A stretch of 20,000 nucleotides of DNA from Emiliania huxleyi CCMP1516 (lineage: Eukaryota), in the NCBI RefSeq assembly GCF_000372725.1, contig NW_005201912.1, forward strand, positions 427,238 to 447,237, read 5' to 3'. Below are positions 1 through 9,052 of this stretch, one piece after another; within the stretch, counting starts at the first letter, position 1, and every line of letters starts with the position of its first letter. The notes under the pieces are model-generated. The model had not been told where the DNA came from. It worked only from the letters and a program-made list of their open reading frames with translations, and ran no database searches. A program made the position numbers and the translations under genes.

Positions 1-181
1 CGTGAATACTGAATTTATGTGTGTGCACGTGTCGGCCATGCAGCATGTGCACACAGTGACAAGACGCTCTCGCATGTCGCATCCTTGTTTACGTGGGGTA
101 GGGGTCGTGCTTTCATTATACAGTCACACAGTAAAGCCGTCTCGTCTCTATAGAGAGTATACACACAATACAACAGAGGTC

Positions 182-2999
182 TCACATCGCGCTGCGCGAG
201 ATCATGTCAACCTCGTCCTCCTCCGACATACCAAACGGCGCCGCCATCGCAACCTCCTGTAGCAGCGTCGCGCTCAGCGTCGGCGCCGCCGGATCGATGT
301 CCACCTCCTGCAGCAGCGACTGCTGCAACCCGCCCCCCGCAGCGCTGGACACGCCCCCGCCCCCGTCGACCATCAGCTGGGCCGCCTCCGCCTCCACCTC
401 CGCCTCCGCCACCTCCGCCGCCGCCTCCTCTACCACAGGAGGCGGCGCTGGCGCCTCCGCCTCCGCCTCCGCCTCCGCCTCCGCCTCCGCCTCCGCCGCC
501 TCCGCCTCCGCCGCCTCCGCCTCCGCCGGCTGCTGCTGCTCCACCCGCTTAGCAAGCTGCCGCTTCTGCCGCTCCGCGCCCGACACGAGCCGCGCCACCT
601 TAATCGATGGGGAACGGCTGATCAATCAACGAATTTGCACTTGTGCGCCCGACACGAGCCGCGACACCTTGCTGTCCCACTGCCGCGCCGCCGCGAAGTC
701 GCCCTGCTCCGCCTCGTACCGCGCCTGCAGGCGAGTCGTGGACGTGTCGTGGACGTGTCTCGGATGCGTCGCGGACGTGTCGCGGAAGTGTCGCGGACGT
801 GACTCGGAAGTGACTCGGAAGTGTCTCCGAGGCGTCTCAAAGGCGTCTCGGAGGTGTCTCGGAGGTGTCTCGGAGGTGTCTCGAAAGCGTCTCGGAGGTG
901 TCATTGAGGTGTCTCGGAGTGTCACTGAGGCGGCCGCCTGCTGCCCGGCGAGCGCGGCGAGCCGCACGGTGCGGAGCAGCATCGTGCGCGACACCTCGAG
1001 CGACGGCGTGCCGCCTCGCGACGCGTTGACCACCGCCTGGATCCGGCGCCGCAAAAAGAGTAAACGACGGCGGGACGAGCCTCGGGGACGCCCCTTTCGC
1101 CGGCGCCGCCTGCAGCTGCGCCCCCTCGGCGCGGAAGCGGGGTGCAGCCTGCGTCGTCGCGTTGCACTCGCCGTCGCTCGCGTTGAAGCCGCCCGCCTTG
1201 ACGGCGCGCGTGTAGAAGACCGCCGACGCCTTTGGCTGGCGCGCGAGTGTGCCTGGGGAGATATGGGGAGGTATGGGGAGGGATGGGGAGATATGCCTGG
1301 CTCGACGCGGGCGAGTTGAGGGAGATATGGGGAGATATGGGGAGATATGGGGAGATATGCCTGGCTCGACGCGTACGAGGCCGAAGCGCGTGCCGAAGCC
1401 GTGTTCCCACTCCGCCGCGTCGAGCAGCGACCAGACAAAGTAGCCGCGCACGGGCACGCCCTCCCCCATCGCGCGGTGGACTGCCTGGCGGGCGGGCGAG
1501 GGGCGGGTGAGGGGCGGGCGGGTGAGGGGCGGTGACACGGAGACTCAGAGAGACAGAGAGACAGAGAGACACGGAGACACAGGGCGGATTGCCTGCAGGT
1601 ATCGCTTGAGGGAGATATGGGGAGATATGGGGAGATCTGGGGAGATATGCCTGCAGGTACCGCTTGAGGTAGCAGACGCGCGCCGTGTCGCGCGTGGCCT
1701 CGTGCGGCGCCGCGTCGTCGCCGCGGCTCGGGAACCTGCCCGCAGCTGGAGGCGTGAAGAGGCGCCGCTCACGGCTGGAGGTGTGAAGAGGCGGCCGAGC
1801 AGGCGCCTGTTCACGTCTAGAGCGTCAAGAGGCGCCGTTCACGGCTGGAGGTGTGAAGAGGCGGCCGAGCAGGGCCACCCGCTCTCGGTGATGACGATGC
1901 CGCCGCGCGGCTGGTAGGTTTCGTCAATGTGCTTGAGCAGCTTGTAGAGCCCGAACGGGGCAATGTCCCACCCGAGGCTGTTCTTGCGCGCACCGCGCGT
2001 GCTGTGCCACCGCACGCCCTCCGCCGCGTAAAAGGAGGTCTCGGGCAGCGGCGGGAAGGTTGCGTTCGGGCGAGAGACCATCAGCGTCGAGTAGTGCTGC
2101 AGCGCGAAAAAGTCGCTCGAGTTGCGCAGTAGCGCCGCCTGCTCGGCCGTGAACGAAGGCAGCGCATCGCCCAGCGCCGCCCGCATCGCCGGCGGGTACG
2201 CGCCCGTGTAGAGCGGAGCAGCCATCCAGCCGAGGGTGAAGGCCATCGAGCGCTGCGCCGCATCCGCGTCCGCCTCCGACCCTGAGAGAGCCTCCCTCCA
2301 ATCTGCGTGTACTCCGAGCGAGAGGAGGGCGCGCTGGTCGGTCGGTCGGGCCGCCTGCATCTTGCGCAGCCGAGCAGCGGCGAGGGCGTGTGCGAGCAGC
2401 ATGTTGTGGGCGGCGAGGTATGGCTCGCGCGTCGGCGCCACCGTGCGGCCTGGCGGGTGCTCGCCTCGCGCATACCCGTTGACGGCATGCTGCGCCGGCG
2501 CGTGGAGCGTGAGCCAGTGCAGCACGCGCCCTCCGAACCGCTCAAAGCAGAGGGAGGCGTAGGCGACGAAGGCGGCGGCGGTGCGGGGCGAGAGCCAGCC
2601 ATCGTGCTCGAGCTGCAGCGGAAGCGGCAGGTCCCAGTGGTACAGCGTCACCACCGGGCGGATGCCGTGCCTCAGCAGCGAGTCAATCAGCTCCGAGTAA
2701 AAGCGGATGCCATCCTCGTTGACGGCGCCGACGCCGGCGGGCATGATGCGGGCCCAGGAGAGGGAGAGCCGGTAGTACGGCACGCCCATCCGGTGCAACA
2801 GCCGCACGTCATCGCGCCACCGGCCGAAATGGTCGGCCGCAGCGTCCGCGACGGCTCCGCCGGCGACCCGACCCGGTGTGTGCGACCAGGCGTCCCAGAT
2901 GGAGAGCCCGCGACCTCCAGACTGCCAACCGCCCTCGGTCTGGTAGGCGGAGGACCCCGTGCCCCACGCGAACGCGGGAGGGAACTTGTACTCGGGCAT
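182..2999 (-). CDS. Glycoside hydrolase family 1 (beta-glucosidase-like) protein with acidic C-terminal extension. Predicted exons 2999-1879, 1735-1651, 1484-1361, 1252-1110, 1036-938, 724-668, 598-182 (about 681 aa; an upstream exon may exist)
   Basis: GH1 motifs [90 protein letters not shown]. Exons join in frame through GT-AG (1878-1736, 667-599) and GC-AG (1650-1485, 1360-1253, 1109-1037, 937-725) introns. The GH1 core is confident; the last three exons less so. Confidence 0.88.
385..527. repeat. (GCCTCC)n / GCC-rich coding repeat encoding a Glu-Ala tract on the minus strand
   Basis: Visible tandem GCCTCC units; translation [13 protein letters not shown]. Confidence 0.85.
735..925. repeat. 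Intronic 11-bp minisatellite (GGAGGTGTCTC-like, degenerate)
   Basis: ggacgtgtcgt / ggaagtgactc / ggaggtgtctc units inside predicted intron 937-725. Confidence 0.85.
1255..1650. repeat. Intronic 10-bp repeats GGGAGATATG in two introns (1255-1360, 1610-1650)
   Basis: Tandem ggggagatat units. Confidence 0.9.
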
Positions 3000-3068
3000 C
3001 CTGCTGCGCGGCGGCCCCGGCAGGACGCTTAGCCCCAACCGGGGGGGGGGGGCGCGGCGGGCGCTGAA

Positions 3069-3374
3069 GGCGTGAAAAAGAATTTCAGTTGGCTTCAAAA
3101 AAGATTTTACACCGCGGCCTCCTCCTGCTGCTCGTCATCCTCCGCCTCGAGGGCGTCCGCCAGCGCGCTGCGCCGCACACCCCGGCGCACAGGAGGCGGC
3201 GCCGGCCGCACCTCGGCCGCCTCGGCGGCGCCCGCGGCACGGGCGCCATGCTCGCTGTCCGCGCGGTCCATCGCCGCATCCCCATCCCCGTCTGTGGCAG
3301 CGCCGCCTGCGCCCGCGCCGGCCTGCTCTGGGACGGCGTTGAAAAAGAATCTGAATTACATTCGAAAAAAGATT
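3069..3374. repeat. Pair of imperfect ~40-bp AT-rich direct repeats (3069-3106, 3335-3374) flanking a 234-bp stop-terminated acidic reading frame (minus, 3340-3107)
   Basis: GGCGTGAAAAAGAATttcagttggcTTCAAAAAAGATT vs GGCGTTGAAAAAGAATctgaattacaTTCGAAAAAAGATT. The minus frame reads NAVPEQAGAG...ALADALEAEDDEQQEEAAV*. Confidence 0.7.
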
Positions 3375-4262
3375 GGGTCAAGCAACTCGACGACGCGACG
3401 CGGGCGCGGCTCGCCATCAAGGACGCAGACGAGGTGGTCCGGGCGGCGGAGGCAGCGCTCGACGACCTCGCCTTCCTGCGGACCCACCACGGCGAGGTGC
3501 TGACAGTCGTCGACGGCAGCCTGGACCGCTTCGCCGTCCGCCTCGGCTTCACGCAAGGCGGCCTCTTCTCCATGCTGAGCTTCTGCATCGCCGTCTGCTT
3601 CCTCGTCCTTAAGCCGCTCAAGGAGAGGTACCCGGAGGTTGTACCGAAGTGCATCGCCGACGACGCCCACGCGCCGACCGTCGTCCGCGAGGCCGCCGAC
3701 ATCGAACGGGCGGCGGAGTGGTGCACCGCCTACGTCAAGCTCTCGGAGCGAGAGCTCAACCTCTCCGCGAACGCGCGCAAGTTCAAGATCCTGCAGTCAC
3801 GGAAGTGGCAGGACACGGAGCTTGACGTGGCGCGCTTCATCAAGCTCTTCCCGTCACAGATGCACGAGGGGAAGCGCAAGTGGCCGACGGTGTTGCGCGA
3901 CGCGCTCCGAGTCAACGGCGTCGGCGTGGGCTTCGACGCGGCAGCGCGCGCCGGCATCGCCATGGACAAGGTGCGGGCGCAAGAGGTCAAGCTGAGGGTG
4001 CTCGAGAAGCTCACGCCGGCGCTCGGGCGGCAGACGGCCGAGCTCCTCGGACGCTTCACCCTCAAGGCGGCAACCGCCCTCAACCACGTCGCCCGTGGCT
4101 GCGAGCCCTCGGTCACACGCGAGCCGCTCGAGTACGCGGGCGAGACGCAAGCGCAGCTCTTCCGCACGCTCACCGCCACCAGCCCCTCCGAGATCCGTGA
4201 CGTGCAGCACGACGCCAACCCCGACGGCCCGACGGAGCGGCGGTGCGAGGAGGCGATGTGGG
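3374..4262 (+). mobile_element. Inverted internal fragment of a CRE-like non-LTR retrotransposon: second half of the reverse transcriptase and thumb
   Basis: LGFTQGGLFSMLSFCIAV (GxxQG motif, ~3545-3595), KCIADD (catalytic DD, 3659-3664), LNLSANARKFKIL, LRVNGVGVG, RQTAELLGRF...LNHVARGCEP (resembles the CRE-clade thumb region). Confidence 0.8.
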
Positions 4263-5789
4263 CGATCGTGTTGTAGAAGTTCTCCTTGTCGCCCGAGATG
4301 GTCGCGTTCTCCGGCTTCGTGCCGTGCCATCCCGCGACGGTGTGGGCGTACAGGTGAGTGCCGTTCTTGGAGAACGCGTAGTTCTTCGGGAAGTTGACAG
4401 GCACACGGGCGCGCTCCTCCGCAGCCTCGGCCGCCTCGAGGTCGGCGAGGGCGGCCGTCGCCTCGGCCGAGCCGTGTCCGTGCGTGATGCACCTCGAAGT
4501 GTACGCGGCTTCCGCAGTGGCGGTGGTGACGGTGGCGTCCTCGAGTGCCTCCGCCCTGGCCTTGGCAACCTCAGGCAGCTGTGTGGTACAGAACTGCTCC
4601 GCCCAGTCGCGCTCCTGGAGCGCGATGCACCGTTCGGCTGAGCGCGTGAAGATGCTGCAGAGCCCGAGGGGCCGGCAGCTGACGCCATCGTCCTTCCAGA
4701 GGCAGACGGCGTTGAGGTCGTCCTCAAGCCGCTTGAGACGCTCGTGCATGACACCCCAGCCAACGGAGGTGCAGAAGTTGAAGAGGCAGTCCGCCCCGTC
4801 GGTCGACTCGGTGATGATGCGGACGAGCTCGTAGTCGACTTGGGTCGGGCCGCCCTTGCGGGCGCGAGGCAAAGACTTTGCGAACTTGTTGAAGAACTTC
4901 CTCTTCAGTTCATAGCGCGCGACGCCCGGTTCGTCGGCGGTGACACTGGCAGGCGGGGCCCGCGCTTGCGGCGTCTTGCCGAGGTAGTTGGCGACGACCT
5001 TGGGGTCGCGGCCGTCGGCGGGCGCGGAGGGCGAGAAGGCCGCCCACGCCTTGCCGAACTCGCCCCGGTTCGCGTAGTAGTGGGCCCTCTTGACCATCTG
5101 TTCCATGGAAGGCTGCGAGGGGCCCGGCGAGTCGGCGGCGTCGCCCTGCTCCAGTGGGGTGGGCGGGACGGAGGCGGAGAGTGCCAGCTCTTTCCAGAGG
5201 GCCAGGAAGCCGTCGGGCGAGTGGGCGATGGTTGCGGCGCGCTCGACCATCTGGTCGGTCGTGTAGCGCGGCGAGCCGCTCGGCCGGCAGGTGACGAGGA
5301 TCGTCGACGCGACGACGAAGATGGCACCTCGGGCGCCGTCTTCGGTGCCGGGCGCGTTGGGGTTGCCGCCGAAGGCCTTCATCCCGAACTCGAGCACTGA
5401 GCGGATCTTTGCACGGTACTCCTTGTTGTCGGGGAAGTCCTGGCTCTGCAGGTGGAGACGCTTGAGGCACTCGATCGAGACGCTGTCGCAGATGGAGAGA
5501 TCGTAGTCTGCGGCGGGCGTAGTGTTGAGATTGATCGTGTCGGCCACCCCCGAGGGGGAGTTCCAAGCGAGCGAGACGCCGGTGGCGTTGCGGAGGGCGG
5601 CAACAGCAGCTGCAGAGGACGCAGCGGCGCCCGGGACGGCGGGCGCCCACGCGAGCCGCCGGGTGCGAGTGGCAGCCGAGACGCCACGGTTGTCAGCGTG
5701 GGTCAGGTTGGCGCCCGGTGTGCCCGGCGCCGCGTGCTGCAGTGCCTTGGCGATGGCGTCGGTGCACTCGGCCTTCGGCGTGATCTTCT

Positions 5790-6030
5790 CCTTGTGGGCT
5801 TTGTGCAGCGGGTCGTTGCGAGACGAGAGGTGGTTGAAGAACATGCTCGTCCCGTTGCCACCAGAGCCATCCGGAAGTTTGTTGGGGATGAGGCAGCAAA
5901 TCTGGGCGCAGCACTCGCACTTGGTGAGCCCACTGGAGGCGAGGTCCACGGGCGTGTAGTTGTGCGTCTTGAAGTGCGTGCAGAGCGACTTGGCTGTCTT
6001 GAAGTCTCGGGCGCAGATGGAGCAAGAGAA
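5790..6030 (-). other. C2H2 zinc finger (5962-6030) plus a second atypical CxxC...HxnH finger in the retroelement ORF
   Basis: FSCSICARDFKTAKSLCTHFKTH; KCECCAQIC...FFNHLSSRNDPLHKAH. Confidence 0.8.
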
Positions 6031-7447
6031 GGTTTGGCGAGGTGGGTTGGTGTTGGAGCTGCTGGCGGCTTGCGATCCCCCCGCCTGCTCCGCCACGTTC
6101 CCCTCCTCGCTCTCTCCTCCGACGTCCTCGTCGGACGATTCCTCGTCGCTGTCGTGGCCACTGTAAGACGGCGGGGGCTTGCCTCCATCTCGGCGCTTGA
6201 GGCGCTGGGAGATGGGCCCCTCGTCGATGTCGAAGTCGCCCTCCGAGGTGGACTCACCCGTCGTGGTGTCGACATGCTCTGGAGGCGCAGGAAGGGCGTC
6301 TAGGAAGGCCGCACCGGCGTCTGCCGGATCGGCGTCGGCGCCGTCGTCCGCCGGGGCGATGGCGGGTTCGTGGTCGTCGCCCGTGCCCTGCTCGCCGTCG
6401 TCGGACGCCTGTCCTTGCGGTGGCGGCGGTGGCGATGGCGGCGGCGAGATCGAGCCACCTGGATCCGGTCTGGACTCGGGCGGCGGCGGCGGTGGTGGCG
6501 AGTCTGCGGCGTTGAGCTCTAGTACTTCGCGCTCGGCGTCGGCGAGGCGTTGTCCGGCGGCGAGGGCTTCGTCGTCGGTCGTCGCCTCGTCGAGGGCAGA
6601 CGATGCGTTGTGCTTCTTAGCAAGGGCTTCCTCCTCCGCCGCCTTGTCGAGGGCAGTCGATGCGGCGCGCTTCTTGTCACGCTTCTTGCCAGCGGTGGCG
6701 TCGGCGTGGGACAAAGGGTCCGACGTGCCGTCGTGGTGTGTCTTCAGCACCTTGGACGAGCCCTTGGGATCGCCCGCACCTCCGAAGGTCGTCCGCGCTT
6801 TGCCGCTGGGCGGGGAGGCGTCGCCCTTGGCAGCAGCGTCCGCGAGTGGTGAGCGAGGGCGGACGAGCGAGCCAGATTCTTGTGTCGGCGCCGGGCGGAC
6901 GACGCCGAAGTAAGTCGGGGCGAAGAGGTTGGCCGGGAACGCGTCGCCGCCGGGGGGTGGCGGTGGGGAAGGCGGCGCTGGCGGCGGCGGCGAGGGAGGA
7001 GGAGGGGGCGGCGAGGGGGGCGGTGGTGGCGGCGGTGGCGGTGGCGACGACGGTGGCACCGGCGGCGGCGACGGCGGGGCCGATGCTGTCTGGCAGTCGA
7101 GAGGCGGTTCGAACCGGCGCTTGCGCCTCGGCGGCCGGTCGATGGGGGAGGATGTCGATGGATCGAGCTCTTCGATGCTGGCGCCGTCGCCGGGCGAGGT
7201 CGAGGGCGATGCAGCCGACGATGACGCAGTGGCGCCGTTGCCGGTTGCCGTCGAGGACGACGCAGCAGATGACGACGCAGCGGCGCCGTTGCCGTTGCCT
7301 GGCTGGGCGTAGGTGGTGACCGTGCCGGGGCTCAGGACGACAGGTTGGAGAAGGACGCCGGGATGGGCTGGCGTCGCCTCCCCTTCAAACGGGTACCAGA
7401 AGTCGAGTAGGATCTGGGTCGAGGTCGGGATTGGGTAGTGCACGTTG

Positions 7448-7593
7448 ATGTGGGCGAGCGCCTCTTGGATGTCGCGGTACTTCTTGTGGCGCGCCCTCGA
7501 GCCCCCGACGGCGCCGTGCGCTGCGCAGAGGTCCCACGTGGAAAAGACGCCCCAACCAGACCCTGGAACGTAGAGCGCGTAGTACCAAGGCTT
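7448..7593 (-). other. RNase H1 N-terminal hybrid-binding (caulimovirus viroplasmin-like) domain in the retroelement ORF
   Basis: KPWYYALYVPGSGWGVFSTWDLCAAHGAVGGSRARHKKYRDIQEALAHI fits YYAV..G...GVF.TW..C...V.G...A.HKKF....EA. Confidence 0.8.
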
Positions 7594-8351
7594 GGGCGCG
7601 GCGGAGACGCTGTGTAAAATGAACAGGGAAGCGAAAATGCCGTTTTTGGTGTAAGCCGCCATGAGGCCGGCGAGTAAGAGATCTCCCGGGAGCTTTGCCA
7701 TCACCAGTCCCAGCGGGTCGGAGAGGTCCCAGAGGCCGCCCGCCGACGAGGTGTCGCGCGAGAAGAGACTGGTGATGGTCTCGTTTGCGGGCGTGCCGCC
7801 AACGAAGATGTCCATGTCGGAGTTGTTGGGGACGGGCGACGCCAGAACGGCGCCTCCTCGTCCTGGTGCTCGACTGCCTTCGGTACCGGTCGGCCCGGGT
7901 CCCGGCAGGAGCGAGTCGTCGGACGGGTAGAAGATGCGCTCGGAGTCAATGAACTTGTACAACTCGTGGCTCCGAGAGGGCCGCACCTCGCACAGCCCAA
8001 CCAGGCCCCCGCCCAGCGGGGTAGTTTCCTGGCTACTGGTCGGGCTGTGGTCGGTGCGGTTGGCTCCGGCTCTGCCAGTCGTCGAGGGCAATGGGCAAGA
8101 CGGTTGTGCCGCCCCCGCCCCCTCATCCGAGGGGACCCCACCGGCGTTGTGGACACTGTGAGGGACAGGCTGCCTTGTGGCTGCCTTTGGTCCAGCACAG
8201 AGCCATTCTGCACGGTGCCAGGTGGGTGGGACGGTCGAGGTAGTCGGCGCCGGACCTGTGCAGCGGGTAGAAAACACGCTAGACACGCTAGGCACACTAG
8301 ACTCGTCACGCGACACAGACACAAAAGACAGGACACGAGACGAGGTAGCCT

Positions 8352-8605
8352 TGGCAGCAGCCGTGGCAGCAGCCGTGGCGGCAGCCGTGGCGGAAGCCGT
8401 GGCGGAAGCCGTGGCGACAGCCGTGGCGGAAGCCGTGGCGGAAGCCGTGGCGGGAGCCGTGGCGGGAGCCGTGGCGGAAGCCGTGGCGGGAGCCGTGGCG
8501 GAAGCCGTGGCGGAAGCCGTGGCGGAAGCCGTGGCGGAAGCCGTGGCGGAAGCCGTGGCGGAAGCCGTGGCGGAAGCCGTGGCGGAAGCCGAGGCGGCAG
8601 CCGAG
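8352..8605. repeat. 12-bp minisatellite (GCCGTGGCGGAA)n, about 20 units, encoding (ATAS)n on the minus strand
   Basis: Directly visible tandem array. Confidence 0.95.
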
Positions 8606-8938
8606 GCTGGCTCGGGAGCCGCGTCGGCAGCCGTCGGGTGCTCGACGATAGCTTGGACCGGCTCGACCGCGCTGCAGATGTTTGAAGCGGGTCGAGCTGG
8701 CAGCTCTTGGAGCGTCGAGCCGAGGAGTGGGTGTCGGACAGCGCCGACGTGGGACTCCGCTGTCGCGGCGTCCACGGGGCGCAGAGCACGCGTGCTCTGC
8801 GCGAGTGCGAGCGCAGGATCGCTCAGGATCAGCAGCACGGCGGCCGCGAGCCGAAGAGGCCCGACAGCCGACATGCCAGCTGCAGTAAGGAGTTTGTTGT
8901 TGTTTGTTTGTTGTTAGGGTCATTGGCTTGCACACTTT

Positions 8939-9052
8939 TTGACTGTACGTACTTTTAGCTTACTGGGAGAAAAGAGACTCTAGAAAAGAGACTCTCTCTC
9001 TCTCTCTCTTGACTGTACGTGGCTCTTACCTACATTCCCGGAGGAGGACTGC
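8939..9052. repeat. Dispersed repeat, copy 1 (second copy 18819-18895)
   Basis: CGTACTTTTAGCTTACTGGGAGAAAA identical at 8948-8973 and 18827-18852, followed by GCTCTTAC.TAC.TTCCCGGAGGAGGA..CTGC in both. Confidence 0.85.

Larger units (their letters stand above)
4262..8874 (-). mobile_element. 5' part of a CRE-like non-LTR retrotransposon ORF: low-complexity N-terminus, RNase H1-type hybrid-binding domain, C2H2 zinc finger(s) and first half of RT; broken at ~4262
   Basis: RAHYYANRGEFGKAW, RKGGPTQVDYELVR, LWKDDGVSCRPLGLCSIFTR, NYAFSKNGTH, ISGDKENFYNTI (DxxNAFN-type motif). The ORF-track sequence beyond ~4262 is antisense read-through of the inverted fragment. Confidence 0.8.

Noticed and set aside
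204..1319. 371-aa plus-strand ORF and the many other Arg/Ala/Pro-rich overlapping ORFs
   Set aside because: Shadow frames of GC-rich coding DNA and stop-free repeats; no motifs.
1742..1872. Spaced CACGGCTGGAGGTGTGAAGAGGC repeats as a CRISPR array
   Set aside because: Only 2-3 degenerate copies inside a spliceosomal intron; no cas genes; eukaryotic context.
3730..4260. C-terminal ~175 aa of the 1714-aa ORF as real protein
   Set aside because: Antisense read-through of the plus-strand RT fragment.
3089..4276. 395-aa plus-strand ORF as an independent gene
   Set aside because: Chimeric: the first ~95 codons are antisense to the acidic fragment and the AT-rich motifs; the rest is the inverted RT half.
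8914..8919. TTAGGG next to the element as evidence of telomere targeting
   Set aside because: A single hexamer; no array.
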